Made by a program: the position numbers and the translations under genes. This document shows positions 19,175-29,757 of a stretch of 64,000 nt of DNA, piece by piece (positions within the stretch are counted from its first letter, which is position 1; each line of letters starts with the position of its first letter). This DNA is from Geopsychrobacteraceae bacterium. GTDB taxonomy: Bacteria; Desulfobacterota; Desulfuromonadia; Desulfuromonadales; Geopsychrobacteraceae. The DNA lies in assembly GCA_963662315.1 (NCBI GenBank), contig OY759353.1, forward strand, positions 4,576,001 to 4,640,000, in the 5' to 3' direction. Under the pieces are notes generated by a model. The model saw only the letters and a program-made list of their open reading frames with translations, was not told the DNA's origin and searched no databases.

Positions 19175-19918
19175 ATGAGCGATTTTGTTGTTGGCATAAA
19201 TCCGGTAAAAGAAACCCTGCTGCACAGTAGTCGTCAGTTGCTTGAATTGTGGATAGTCAAGGAAAAGCTGAATGAACGACTGGATGAGATTGTTGGGTTG
19301 GCCGAGCAAAAGCATCTGCCGGTTCGTCAGGTTGAACGTCGTGATCTGCAACGCTTGGCTGGGCAGGTTCCACATCAGGGGGTTCTGCTCAGGGTTGCGG
19401 CTTTTATTTACAGTGATTTGGATGATATCCTTTCACGCTGGCGGGCAAGCGGAAACGCGGCTTTTTTTTTGTTGCTCGATGGGGTAACAGATCCGCATAA
19501 TTTCGGTGCAATACTGCGGAGTGCAGAACAGGCCGGTTGTCAGGCGGTGATTGTTCCCAAGGACAGGTCATGTCCGGTCACGGCTGTTGTTGAAAAAACT
19601 GCGGCTGGGGCATTATCACATATTTCGCTATGTCAGGTTGTCAATCTGTCCAGGGCGATTGATGATCTGAAGAAAAACGGCATCTGGTGCTATGGTCTGG
19701 CAGGTGATGCCGGGGCATCGGATTTGTTCTTGTCTGATTTACGTGGCAATATCGGCCTGATAGTCGGGAGTGAGGGTCGTGGAATCAGGCCAAATGTTCG
19801 CAGTCACTGTGATGGTCTACTGGCTATTCCGATGCAAGGGCACCTTGATTCTCTTAATGCCTCTGTTGCTGTCGGAATTGCTTTGTTTGAAGTGCTGAGG
19901 CAGAATCGTCAAATATAA
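19175..19918 (+). CDS. rlmB: 23S rRNA Gm2251 methyltransferase (SPOUT)
   Basis: HQGV, LDGVTDPHNFGAILRSA, GSEGRG, IPMQG..DSLNASVA. Confidence 0.93.
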   Translation: MSDFVVGINPVKETLLHSSRQLLELWIVKEKLNERLDEIVGLAEQKHLPVRQVERRDLQRLAGQVPHQGVLLRVAAFIYSDLDDILSRWRASGNAAFFLLLDGVTDPHNFGAILRSAEQAGCQAVIVPKDRSCPVTAVVEKTAAGALSHISLCQVVNLSRAIDDLKKNGIWCYGLAGDAGASDLFLSDLRGNIGLIVGSEGRGIRPNVRSHCDGLLAIPMQGHLDSLNASVAVGIALFEVLRQNRQI

Positions 19919-20017
19919 ATGGCTCTGTGCTGAGCAGGTGAGAGCTGAGTCCTTTGCTCGGTGGAAACATAAACAGGTATATAGCTGAGAATAATTTGTA
20001 ATAATGAATTTTCTTGG

Positions 20018-20127
20018 TTGACACCTTGGTTATGATGCTCTATAACTCCCCCCTGTTGTCACGCACAACGGGCAAGGAATAAAAGATGATTTTTTTTCTT
20101 GCTTTTGCGGAAAAGCTGGGTTATAAA
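20018..20127 (+). promoter_or_regulatory. Tandem sigma-70 promoters of the tRNA-tuf operon
   Basis: TTGACA-17-TATAAC (20018-20046) and TTGCTT-17-TATAAA (20099-20127), the latter followed by a GC-rich discriminator. Confidence 0.6.
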
Positions 20128-20138
20128 GCCCGTCCTGT

Positions 20139-20214
<76 letters not shown>

Positions 20215-20267
20215 GTTGTAAAACCGGGTAAGCCCGACAATTGAATAATGTAAGATAAGGTTCCCCT

Positions 20268-20352
<85 letters not shown>

Positions 20353-20473
20353 TTGAATCTTGCCGGACAAAGCACGAATCTCTGTTTGCGCCAGGAGGTA
20401 GATACCGTATGAACTGGGACAGGGGGCGATAGTAGAGTCCTGAATGCACAGTGAAGATTGACGACGAGTTTGG

Positions 20474-20550
20474 GCGGGAGTAGCTCAGCTGGCTAGAGCA
20501 TTAGCCTTCCAAGCTAAGGGTCGCGGGTTCGAATCCCGTTTCCCGCTCCA
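20474..20550 (+). tRNA. tRNA-Gly(TCC)
   Basis: CT-TCC-AA anticodon loop, GGTTCGAATCCC, CCA. Confidence 0.97.
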
Positions 20551-20577
20551 TTAAAACTCCGTCAGAAAAAGGAATAA

Positions 20578-20653
<76 letters not shown>

Positions 20654-20756
20654 GTCCGATTTCTGCGGATTTTCGTGTTCGCAATTTTGTATACTAACTC
20701 AATAGGCGCCTAGCGCGGCACACATTTAGACGAAAGACAACAAGGGAGGTTCTATT

Positions 20757-21950
20757 ATGTCCAAGGAAAAATTTGAGAGGACAAAACCGCACGTCAATAT
20801 CGGGACCATTGGTCACGTTGACCACGGTAAAACCACACTGACTGCAGCAATCACCAAAGTTCTTGCCGAGAAAATGGGCAAGGGTGAATTTAAGGCTTTT
20901 GACCAGATCGATAATGCTCCGGAAGAGCGCGAGCGTGGTATTACCATTGCAACCGCCCACGTTGAGTATGAGACCGATGCTCGTCACTATGCTCACGTTG
21001 ACTGCCCGGGCCACGCCGATTATGTTAAAAACATGATCACCGGTGCTGCCCAGATGGACGGTGCTATTCTTGTTGTTTCTGCTGCTGATGGCCCAATGCC
21101 ACAGACTCGTGAGCACATCCTGCTCGCTCGTCAGGTTGGTGTTCCTGCCATGGTTGTTTTTCTGAATAAAGCCGACATGGTTGATGACGAAGAACTGCTT
21201 GAGCTGGTTGATATGGAAATTCGTGAGCTGCTGTCCAGCTACGACTTCCCTGGTGATGATATTCCAATTGTTGCCGGTTCTGCCCTTGCTGCTCTCGAAG
21301 GCCGTGACGACGAAATCGGTAAGAACAAGGTTATCGAGTTGATGGATGCTGTTGATAGCTACATCCCTGAGCCAGAGCGTGCTATTGACAAGCCGTTCTT
21401 GATGCCTGTTGAAGATGTCTTCTCCATCTCCGGTCGTGGTACTGTTGCTACCGGTCGTGTTGAGAGTGGTATCGTTAAGGTTCAAGAGGAAGTTGAAATC
21501 GTCGGTATGAAAGCAACAACCAAAACTGTTGTTACCGGTGTTGAAATGTTCCGTAAGCTGCTGGATCAAGGTCAGGCAGGTGATAACGTTGGTATTCTGC
21601 TGCGCGGTGTCAAGCGTGAGGATATTGAGCGTGGTCAAGTTCTGTGTAAGCCGGGTTCCATTAAGCCGCACACCAAATTTAAGGCTGAGGCCTATATCCT
21701 GACCAAGGAAGAGGGTGGTCGTCATACCCCATTCTTCAAAGGATACCGTCCTCAGTTCTACTTCCGTACCACTGACGTGACCGGCATTGTCGAGCTTCCG
21801 GAAGGAACCGAAATGGTAATGCCTGGCGATAATATTGCGATGACAGTTGATCTGATCACTCCGATCGCAATGGATAAAGAACTGCGCTTTGCTATCCGCG
21901 AAGGTGGCCGTACTGTCGGCGCCGGCGTTGTTAGTGAAGTTATTGCTTAA
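20757..21950 (+). CDS. tuf: Elongation factor Tu (copy 1)
   Basis: [30 protein letters not shown]. Confidence 0.99.
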   Translation: MSKEKFERTKPHVNIGTIGHVDHGKTTLTAAITKVLAEKMGKGEFKAFDQIDNAPEERERGITIATAHVEYETDARHYAHVDCPGHADYVKNMITGAAQMDGAILVVSAADGPMPQTREHILLARQVGVPAMVVFLNKADMVDDEELLELVDMEIRELLSSYDFPGDDIPIVAGSALAALEGRDDEIGKNKVIELMDAVDSYIPEPERAIDKPFLMPVEDVFSISGRGTVATGRVESGIVKVQEEVEIVGMKATTKTVVTGVEMFRKLLDQGQAGDNVGILLRGVKREDIERGQVLCKPGSIKPHTKFKAEAYILTKEEGGRHTPFFKGYRPQFYFRTTDVTGIVELPEGTEMVMPGDNIAMTVDLITPIAMDKELRFAIREGGRTVGAGVVSEVIA

Positions 21951-22014
21951 TAGGCTTTTATAGCGAGATAACCCCTCCTGGCTGCGGTCGGGAGGGGACT
22001 ATGAGGTTAAGGTT

Positions 22015-22164
22015 ATGCGTGACATTGTCACTCTTGCGTGCACTGAGTGCAAGCAGCGGAATTATACGACCACTAAAAATAAGAAGAATACTCCTGACAA
22101 GCTGGAGTTCAGTAAGTACTGCCGGTTCTGTCGTAAGCATACGCCTCACAAAGAAACAAAGTAA
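22015..22164 (+). CDS. rpmG: 50S ribosomal protein L33 (Zn-binding type; below ORF-track cutoff)
   Basis: Translated by hand: [49 protein letters not shown]. Confidence 0.97.
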   Translation: MRDIVTLACTECKQRNYTTTKNKKNTPDKLEFSKYCRFCRKHTPHKETK

Positions 22165-22198
22165 TTAGGTGGCAGAACGAGCTTAGGGTTTACCTTGC

Positions 22199-22275
22199 AG
22201 GCCAGTAGCTCGAATTGGTAGAGCACCGGACTCCAAATCCGGGTGTTGGGGGTTCGAGTCCCTCCTGGCCTGCCA
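22199..22275 (+). tRNA. tRNA-Trp(CCA)
   Basis: CT-CCA-AA anticodon loop, CCA end, typical position before secE. Confidence 0.97.
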
Positions 22276-22311
22276 GCCTTAAATAAAACACTGCAGTGAG
22301 GCCTAGAAAAG

Positions 22312-22497
22312 ATGATTGGAAAGACAAATCAATTTTTAGCCAACGTCAAATCAGAGCTGAATAAGGTTACGTGGCCGTCTAAAAAAGACACTTATGGTTC
22401 CACTGCGGTGGTCATAGTGTTGGTTTTGCTCTGTGCGGTCTTTCTTGGGGGTGTTGATATAATTCTCTCGCGCCTTATCCGTCTTATCCTCGGTTGA
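22312..22497 (+). CDS. secE: Preprotein translocase SecE
   Basis: ELNKVTWPS plus single TM; synteny. Confidence 0.93.
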   Translation: MIGKTNQFLANVKSELNKVTWPSKKDTYGSTAVVIVLVLLCAVFLGGVDIILSRLIRLILG

Positions 22498-22516
22498 GGA
22501 GAAAGCGTCTGAAGTT

Positions 22517-23050
22517 ATGGCGATGAAATGGTACGGTGTGCATACGTACTCCGGGTATGAGAATAAGGTCAAGCTGAGTCTGGAAGAGCGTATCAGATCG
22601 ATGGGCGTTGAGGATCAGTTTGATGAGGTCTTGATACCTTCGGAGACGGTCGTTGAGATGAGAAAGGGTGAGCGTAAAACGTCCACCCGAAAATTTTTTC
22701 CGGGGTATATCCTCGTAAAAATGGAGTTGAATGACGAAACCTGGCATGTTGTTACGGGTACCACTAAGGTAACAGGTTTTGTTGGTGGTGGTCAGAATCC
22801 CCCGTCAATTCCGGAAGCAGAAGTTGACAAGATTACCAACCGCATGGAGGAAGGGGTTGAAAAGCCCAAGCCAAAAGTTGAATTTGAGGTTGGTGAGACC
22901 GTTCGTGTTGTAGACGGTCCGTTCTTGAACTTTACCGGTGTTGTTGAGGATGTGCGTCCTGATCGTGGCACGCTTAAAGTTATGGTTAGTATATTCGGCC
23001 GGGTAACACCGGTTGAGTTAGAATTTATACAGGTCGAAAAAACCAGCTGA
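22517..23050 (+). CDS. nusG: Transcription factor NusG
   Basis: WYGVHTYSGYE, FFPGYILV, KOW DGPF.NF.G. Confidence 0.98.
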   Translation: MAMKWYGVHTYSGYENKVKLSLEERIRSMGVEDQFDEVLIPSETVVEMRKGERKTSTRKFFPGYILVKMELNDETWHVVTGTTKVTGFVGGGQNPPSIPEAEVDKITNRMEEGVEKPKPKVEFEVGETVRVVDGPFLNFTGVVEDVRPDRGTLKVMVSIFGRVTPVELEFIQVEKTS

Positions 23051-23086
23051 GCTGGGAGAACGTAAGTTCGTTTAAGGAGTCCAGTA

Positions 23087-23509
23087 ATGGCCAAGAAAGT
23101 TGTCGGACAGATTAAATTGCAGATCCCTGCCGGTAAGGCAAACCCATCGCCGCCAGTTGGTCCCGCGTTGGGTCAACATGGGGTCAATATTATGGAGTTT
23201 TGTAAGGCTTATAATGCAAGAACCGCTGACCAGGAAGGTTTGATTATTCCGGTTGTGATCACGGTTTATGCTGACCGGTCTTTCTCATTTATTACCAAAA
23301 CTCCCCCTGCTTCCGTTCTCCTGTTGCGTGCGGCGGGCTTGAAAAGTGGCTCAGGCGTTCCGAATAAGAACAAAGTTGGCAAGGTCACCAAGGATCAAGT
23401 ACTTGAGATCGCTCGACTGAAAATGCCAGACCTCAATGCTTTCTCTGAAGAGGCGGCAGTCCGCATTATTGAAGGTACTGCTCGCAGTATGGGAATTGAA
23501 GTCGCCTGA
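23087..23509 (+). CDS. rplK: 50S ribosomal protein L11
   Basis: [23 protein letters not shown]. Confidence 0.99.
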   Translation: MAKKVVGQIKLQIPAGKANPSPPVGPALGQHGVNIMEFCKAYNARTADQEGLIIPVVITVYADRSFSFITKTPPASVLLLRAAGLKSGSGVPNKNKVGKVTKDQVLEIARLKMPDLNAFSEEAAVRIIEGTARSMGIEVA

Positions 23510-23535
23510 TTTGGCGTATAAGTGGAGATATACAG

Positions 23536-24237
23536 ATGGCAACAGGTAAAAATATCAAGAACGCAAAAGCGCAGATCGATCGTTCTCGCTTTTATGGAAT
23601 TGACGAAGCTCTTGAATTGGTAAAGCAGGGAGCTTTTGCAAAGTTTGATGAGACTGTGGATGTCAGTGTCAGACTTGGTGTCGATCCGCGTAAAGCAGAT
23701 CAGATGGTGCGTGGCGCCGTTGTCCTCCCTAATGGTCTTGGTAAGGCAGTCAGGGTCCTCGTTTTTGCTAAAGGTGAAAAAGCTCAGGAGGCACTTGATG
23801 CTGGTGCTGATTTTGTCGGTGCTGAAGACCTTGCAGAAAAAATTCAAGGTGGCTGGTTTGAATTTGACACCGCTATCGCTTCACCGGATATGATGGGTGT
23901 TGTCGGTAAAATTGGTCGGGTTCTTGGGCCTCGTGGCTTGATGCCTAACCCTAAGGTTGGTACCGTAACTCTTGACGTTGCTCGTGCTGTTAATGAGGCA
24001 AAATCCGGCAAGATTGAATATCGAGTTGAAAAAGCGGGTATTGTTCATGCGCCAGTAGGTAAGGTGTCTTTTGACGCTGATAAATTAAAAGAGAATATTA
24101 TTTCTCTGCTTGATGTCCTTGTTAAGGCCAAGCCTTCTACTGCAAAAGGGACATATCTTAAAAAGATCTCTTTGTCTAGCACCATGGGCGCAGGGATTAA
24201 TATTGATATACCGCAAGTTCAGGCTCTGATTAAGTAA
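23536..24237 (+). CDS. rplA: 50S ribosomal protein L1
   Basis: [22 protein letters not shown]. Confidence 0.99.
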   Translation: MATGKNIKNAKAQIDRSRFYGIDEALELVKQGAFAKFDETVDVSVRLGVDPRKADQMVRGAVVLPNGLGKAVRVLVFAKGEKAQEALDAGADFVGAEDLAEKIQGGWFEFDTAIASPDMMGVVGKIGRVLGPRGLMPNPKVGTVTLDVARAVNEAKSGKIEYRVEKAGIVHAPVGKVSFDADKLKENIISLLDVLVKAKPSTAKGTYLKKISLSSTMGAGINIDIPQVQALIK

Positions 24238-24258
24238 GATCAGAACCTGATAGCTCTA

Positions 24259-24354
24259 AGTCAAAGACAGCAGGCACAGTAAGTTTAATGGTTCGCCACC
24301 TGCCGAGGCTCAAGGGTGTGAGCGACACAGTCGTTGACCTCCCTCATGTTGACT
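24259..24354 (+). ncRNA. L10 leader (autoregulatory RNA)
   Basis: AAGACAGCAGG...TTAA...CCTGCCGAGG core closed by agtcaa/ttgact, upstream of rplJ. Confidence 0.8.
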
Positions 24355-24399
24355 AGGGCGGGATAGTATCCCAAGATCCTAAAGAAAGGAGGAGAGTTC

Positions 24400-24918
24400 A
24401 TGAATAGAACAGAAAAAGAACAAGTTATTCAGGAGTTGTCTCAGCTTTTGGCTGACACTCCCGCAGCATTTCTTGCTGATTATCGTGGTATTAATGTTGA
24501 GCAGGCTACTGCTCTGCGCCGCCAACTGACCGAAGCTGGCGTTCAATATCGTGTTGTCAAAAACAACCTGTTGAAACTGGCTGCGAAGGGTACTCCTGCT
24601 GAAGGGCTGCAGGCATTTTGTGCAGGTCCTACAGCAGTTGCTATCGCGGGTGCTGATCCGGTAGCTCCGGCCAAGATCCTGAGCAAATTTGCTAAGGATG
24701 TCGAGGCTTTCGATCTTAAGGCTGGTGTACTTGGTGGGAAAGTGCTCAGTGTTGCTGATATTTCAGCGCTGGCTGATCTGCCAAGTCGTGAAGAGCTGCT
24801 TGCTAAAGCTCTTAGCTGCATGAATGCACCTGCTTCCAACTTTGTTGGTACTATGGCTGCAATTCCGCGGTCTCTTGTTCAAGTGCTTAACGCAATTGGC
24901 CAGGCCAAGGCTGCGTAA
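24400..24918 (+). CDS. rplJ: 50S ribosomal protein L10
   Basis: DYRG..V, VVKNNL, LPSREELLA; synteny. Confidence 0.98.
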   Translation: MNRTEKEQVIQELSQLLADTPAAFLADYRGINVEQATALRRQLTEAGVQYRVVKNNLLKLAAKGTPAEGLQAFCAGPTAVAIAGADPVAPAKILSKFAKDVEAFDLKAGVLGGKVLSVADISALADLPSREELLAKALSCMNAPASNFVGTMAAIPRSLVQVLNAIGQAKAA

Positions 24919-24964
24919 TTAATCTATACACAATAATTTTAAAAAAATATATTCGGAGGAAGAA

Positions 24965-25342
24965 ATGGCTGATATTACTAAAGAGCAAGTTGTAGAATTT
25001 TTGAAGGGTATGACCGTACTGGAAATGTCTGAGTTCGTTAAGGAACTGGAAGAAATTTTTGGTGTTTCTGCCGCTGCTCCAGTAGCTGTTGCTGCTGCTC
25101 CTGCGGCTGCTGCTGAAGCTGCTGAAGAAAAAGACGAGTTCGATGTTATCCTGACCAGCGCCGGTGACAAGAAAATCAATGTTATCAAAGTTGTTCGTGC
25201 TATTACTGGTCTTGGCCTCAAAGAAGCCAAAGACATGGTTGATGGTGCTCCTAGCACTGTTAAGGAAGCTGCTTCTAAAGCTGAAGCAGAAGACATCAAA
25301 AAGCAGCTTGAAGAAGCTGGTGCTGGTGTGGAGCTGAAGTAG
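24965..25342 (+). CDS. rplL: 50S ribosomal protein L7/L12
   Basis: Ala-rich hinge, [21 protein letters not shown]. Confidence 0.99.
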   Translation: MADITKEQVVEFLKGMTVLEMSEFVKELEEIFGVSAAAPVAVAAAPAAAAEAAEEKDEFDVILTSAGDKKINVIKVVRAITGLGLKEAKDMVDGAPSTVKEAASKAEAEDIKKQLEEAGAGVELK

Positions 25343-25365
25343 AGCTTAAGCCAATAGAAGGTTAC

Positions 25366-25397
25366 TAGCCAAGGTCACCCCTGTGTGGCCTTGGCTA
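25366..25397 (+). terminator. Hairpin/attenuator between rplL and rpoB
   Basis: tagccaaggtcac ... gtggccttggcta; weak U-tract. Confidence 0.55.
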
Positions 25398-25584
25398 TTC
25401 TCGTTGTCAGCTCAGGGTCATGTGGCTCTGGGTGTTCTTGTTTGTAGTTCTTGACACTGGAGATTGTCTTCAGCTGTTGCTTGTATGATTTTTGTTCACA
25501 GGTTGTTCTTGGTCATACTAGAGTGGTGTCGTGTCTGCCTGGACCTTGTTTCCCGGTCCGTGATCCTGACCCAAAGGAGAAACC

Positions 25585-28500
25585 ATGGCGTATTCGTTTG
25601 CGAATAATCCGCTCCTCAGGAAGCACTTCGCAAAGGTTACGAATATCATCGATATTCCTAATCTCATTGATATTCAAAAAACTTCTTACAAAAGATTTTT
25701 ACAGGCTGAAATACCTGTTTCTGAGCGTAAGCAAAGTGGTCTTGAAGCTGTTTTTCGCTCGGTCTTCCCGATTCGTGACTTCAGTGATACATGTTCTATG
25801 GAGTATGTATCCTATGATCTGGGAACACCTAAATATGATGTTGAGGAATGCCATCAACGTGGGATGACCTACGCAGCACCCATTAAGGTAAAGGTGCGTT
25901 TGGTGTCCTGGGATGTTGATAAGGATTCTGGTGCCCAATCAATACGTGACATCAAAGAGCAGGAAGTCTACTTCGGCGAAATACCGCTCATGACGGATAA
26001 CGGTACCTTTATTATTAACGGTACTGAGCGGGTAATTGTTAGCCAGTTGCATAGATCTCCTGGGGTCTTTTTCTCACATGATAAAGGCAAGACGCATTCG
26101 AGCGGTAAGGTTCTTTACAACGCTCGTGTGATTCCGTATCGCGGTAGCTGGCTTGATTTTGATTTCGATCATAAGGATCTGTTGTGGGTTCGTATCGATC
26201 GTCGCAGAAAACTACCAGCAACCGTTCTGCTTAAGGCGCTTGGTTATACCACCGAAGAGCTGCTTCAGTATTACTACGATATTGAAGAAATTAATTGGGA
26301 TGGGTCTGCTTACAGCAAAGGTGTGAATTTTGATTTGCTGGCTGGACAGCGGGCCATGACAGATGTTGTCGGTACTGACGGCGAGCTTATCGTTAAGGCT
26401 AATCGTAAGTTTACCCGTGCTGCTATCCGTAAGATGAAGGAACAGGATGTTAACACTATCCCTGTTCTTTTCGAAGGTCTTATTGGGCAGGTGGTCGCTA
26501 CCGATATTATCGATGAAACAACCGGTGAAGTTTTACTCGAATGTAATTCCGAGTTGACAGAAGCAAAGCTCGATGAGTTCAAGGCAAAGGGGGTCAACTC
26601 CTTCCCAATCCTGTTCATCGATCATCTTTATGTCGGTTCTTATCTGAGTGACACTTTACGTGTTGATAAGGTTGAGACTGCTGAAGACGGCATTATCGAG
26701 ATTTTCCGTCGTCTACGCCCTGGTGATCCACCAACCATTAAGACTGCGACCAGTTTGTTCGAAAGTCTTTTCTTTAGTGAAGAGCGTTACGATATTTCTG
26801 CGGTAGGCCGCCTTAAGCTCAACCATAAGCTCAGCGTTGATAGCCCCATTGAGCAGACAACCCTCACCAAGGAAGATATCCTTCAGGTTGTTCGTTACCT
26901 GATCGATCTGCGCAATGGCAAAGGGTCCATTGATGATATTGACCATCTGGGCAATCGACGTGTTCGTGCCGTAGGTGAGTTGCTTGAAAATCAGTACCGT
27001 GTTGGGCTGGTCCGCATGGAACGTGCCATTAAGGAACGTATGAGCCTTCAGGATGTCGATAGCCTGATGCCTCATGACCTGATTAATTCAAAGCCCGTCT
27101 CCGCTGTTGTTAAAGAGTTTTTTGGCTCTTCGCAGTTGTCTCAGTTTATGGATCAAACCAATCCGTTATCTGAGGTCACCCATAAGCGGCGTTTGTCTGC
27201 TTTGGGACCTGGCGGTCTTACTCGCGAGCGTGCTGGCTTTGAGGTTCGTGACGTTCATCCGACTCACTATGGCCGGGTATGTCCGATTGAAACACCTGAA
27301 GGGCCAAACATCGGTCTGATCGCGTCATTGTCGACTTATGCACGTATTAATGAATATGGCTTCGTTGAGACTCCATATCGCATTGTCGAAAACGGTCAAG
27401 TTACTGATCAGATTAAATACTTCTCCGCTTTGGAAGAAGAGGGTCATTCCATCGCTCAGGCCAATGCACCAATTGATGATGATGGTGTGTTTGTCAATGA
27501 GCTGGTCAACGTTCGTCAGAACGGTGAGTTTCTGTTGATGGCTCCTGATCAGATTAACCTGATGGATGTTTCACCGAAACAGATTGTATCGGTTGCCGCA
27601 GCGCTGATTCCATTTCTTGAGAACGATGATGCTAACCGTGCTCTGATGGGGTCCAACATGCAGCGCCAGGCAGTACCTCTGTTACGTACTGACGCTCCCT
27701 TGGTTGGGACTGGTATGGAGCGTGTCGTTGCTCATGATTCTGGCAACTCTGTTGTTGCCCGTCATGATGGTATTGTTGAAAGTGTTGACGCTGATCGTGT
27801 GGTTATTCAGATTGCCGAAAGTGAAGCTGATGAAACTGGCACTGGTGTTGATATTTACAATCTACTCAAGTTTAGCCGCTCTAACCAGAACACCTGTATT
27901 AACCAGAAGCCGATCGTTAAGGTTGGTGACAGGGTTAAACGTGGTGATGTTATAGCTGACGGTCCCTCTACTCAGTGGGGGGAATTGGCTCTTGGCCAGA
28001 ATGTCATGGTCGCCTTCATGCCATGGAACGGCTATAACTTTGAGGACTCTATCCTCATCTCTGAGAAACTCGTTCAGGAAGATCGTTACACCTCGATCCA
28101 TATTGAAGAGTTTGAGTGCGTTGCTCGTGATACCAAGTTAGGGAAAGAGGAAATTACTGACGATATTCCTAACCTTGGTGAAGATGCACTGCGGAACCTC
28201 GATGAGTCAGGTATTATTCGTATTGGCGCAAGTGTTAAGCCCGGCGATATCCTGGTTGGTAAAATCACTCCCAAGGGCGAGACCCAACTGTCGCCTGAAG
28301 AAAAACTGTTGCGTGCTATTTTTGGTGAAAAAGCCGGAGATGTCCGTGACACTTCTCTTCGTGTGCCACCAGGTGAAGAAGGCGTTGTTATCGGCGCCCG
28401 CGTTTTCTCGCGCAAAGGGTCAGATAAGGATGCCCGAACCGAGCAGATCGAAGCTCGTGAGATCGACAAGCTGAAAAAGGACCAGGATGACGAGGTTCGG

Positions 28501-29688
28501 ATTCTGCGCAAGTCGACCCGGAATAAAATTCGGTCCTTACTGGTAGATACGACTGCTGCGGTTTCCCTTGAAGATCAGGCCGGGAATGAAATTTTACCAA
28601 AAGGTAAAAAGATCACCGAGCAGGCATTTGACAAGGTGCCGTTCAATCTGATTCGGGAAATATCGTTATCTGGTGCTCCAGAAATTGAGAACCGCGTAAC
28701 CACCTTGCTCAATCGACTTGAAGAGCGTGAGCAGATTATTGCTGCTGTTTTTGAAGATAAGATTGAAAAATGCAAGCGTGGTGATGATCTTCCACCGGGT
28801 GTCATCAAAATGGTCAAAGTTTACATTGCTATTAAACGTAAACTTCAGGTCGGTGACAAGATGGCTGGTCGCCATGGTAATAAAGGGGTTCTGTCGCGCA
28901 TTCTTCCACAAGAAGATATGCCATATATGGAAGACGGAACTCCTGTTGAGATCGTGCTGAATCCGCTAGGTGTTCCGTCTCGTATGAACGTCGGGCAGAT
29001 TCTTGAGACCCACTTGGGGCTTGCCGCACGAGGCCTTGGCAATCAGATCCGCAAGGTTGTAGAAGAGCAGTATAGTGAATCTGCGCTTAAGGCTCAGATC
29101 AAGGCTGCCTACCAGGACGAAGAACTGAACGGCTTTATCGATAATCTCGATGAGGACAGTTTGAAAGTCCTTGCGCGGCGCCTTATGCACGGTGTGCCCA
29201 TGGCATCTCCGGTATTTGAAGGTGTTGCTGAAGATCAGATCAAAAGCGAGCTGGCTCGCTCTGGATTTCACAGTAGTGGTCAGATGACCCTTTTCGATGG
29301 ACGTACCGGTGTAGCTTTCAAAGAGAAGGTCACCGTTGGTATAATGTACATGCTGAAGCTTCACCACCTTGTTGATGACAAGATCCACGCCCGTTCTATC
29401 GGACCGTACAGTCTCGTTACCCAACAACCACTTGGTGGTAAGGCTCAATTTGGTGGACAGCGTCTCGGTGAGATGGAAGTTTGGGCGATGGAGGCCTACG
29501 GCGCGGCTCACGCGTTGCAGGAATTCCTGACCGTCAAGTCAGATGACGTAGCTGGCCGGACACGCATGTATGAAGCTATTGTTAAAGGTAAGCATACGCT
29601 GGAAGCTGGTCTGCCAGAATCCTTCAACGTGTTGATCAAGGAATTGCAGGCTTTGTGCCTGGATGTTGATCTCCTCGAAGAAGACTGA
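25585..29688 (+). CDS. rpoB: RNA polymerase beta subunit
   Basis: [38 protein letters not shown]. Confidence 0.99.
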   Translation: MAYSFANNPLLRKHFAKVTNIIDIPNLIDIQKTSYKRFLQAEIPVSERKQSGLEAVFRSVFPIRDFSDTCSMEYVSYDLGTPKYDVEECHQRGMTYAAPIKVKVRLVSWDVDKDSGAQSIRDIKEQEVYFGEIPLMTDNGTFIINGTERVIVSQLHRSPGVFFSHDKGKTHSSGKVLYNARVIPYRGSWLDFDFDHKDLLWVRIDRRRKLPATVLLKALGYTTEELLQYYYDIEEINWDGSAYSKGVNFDLLAGQRAMTDVVGTDGELIVKANRKFTRAAIRKMKEQDVNTIPVLFEGLIGQVVATDIIDETTGEVLLECNSELTEAKLDEFKAKGVNSFPILFIDHLYVGSYLSDTLRVDKVETAEDGIIEIFRRLRPGDPPTIKTATSLFESLFFSEERYDISAVGRLKLNHKLSVDSPIEQTTLTKEDILQVVRYLIDLRNGKGSIDDIDHLGNRRVRAVGELLENQYRVGLVRMERAIKERMSLQDVDSLMPHDLINSKPVSAVVKEFFGSSQLSQFMDQTNPLSEVTHKRRLSALGPGGLTRERAGFEVRDVHPTHYGRVCPIETPEGPNIGLIASLSTYARINEYGFVETPYRIVENGQVTDQIKYFSALEEEGHSIAQANAPIDDDGVFVNELVNVRQNGEFLLMAPDQINLMDVSPKQIVSVAAALIPFLENDDANRALMGSNMQRQAVPLLRTDAPLVGTGMERVVAHDSGNSVVARHDGIVESVDADRVVIQIAESEADETGTGVDIYNLLKFSRSNQNTCINQKPIVKVGDRVKRGDVIADGPSTQWGELALGQNVMVAFMPWNGYNFEDSILISEKLVQEDRYTSIHIEEFECVARDTKLGKEEITDDIPNLGEDALRNLDESGIIRIGASVKPGDILVGKITPKGETQLSPEEKLLRAIFGEKAGDVRDTSLRVPPGEEGVVIGARVFSRKGSDKDARTEQIEAREIDKLKKDQDDEVRILRKSTRNKIRSLLVDTTAAVSLEDQAGNEILPKGKKITEQAFDKVPFNLIREISLSGAPEIENRVTTLLNRLEEREQIIAAVFEDKIEKCKRGDDLPPGVIKMVKVYIAIKRKLQVGDKMAGRHGNKGVLSRILPQEDMPYMEDGTPVEIVLNPLGVPSRMNVGQILETHLGLAARGLGNQIRKVVEEQYSESALKAQIKAAYQDEELNGFIDNLDEDSLKVLARRLMHGVPMASPVFEGVAEDQIKSELARSGFHSSGQMTLFDGRTGVAFKEKVTVGIMYMLKLHHLVDDKIHARSIGPYSLVTQQPLGGKAQFGGQRLGEMEVWAMEAYGAAHALQEFLTVKSDDVAGRTRMYEAIVKGKHTLEAGLPESFNVLIKELQALCLDVDLLEED

Positions 29689-29757
29689 GATTCACTCACT
29701 CTTGGCAGATTCGTTTAGTAAAAAAGCTGAACACTCATCCTACAAGGAGGATGCGTT

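Noticed and set aside
25451..25867. 138-aa ORF overlapping the rpoB start
   Set aside because: Out-of-frame overlap with rpoB, no RBS or motif
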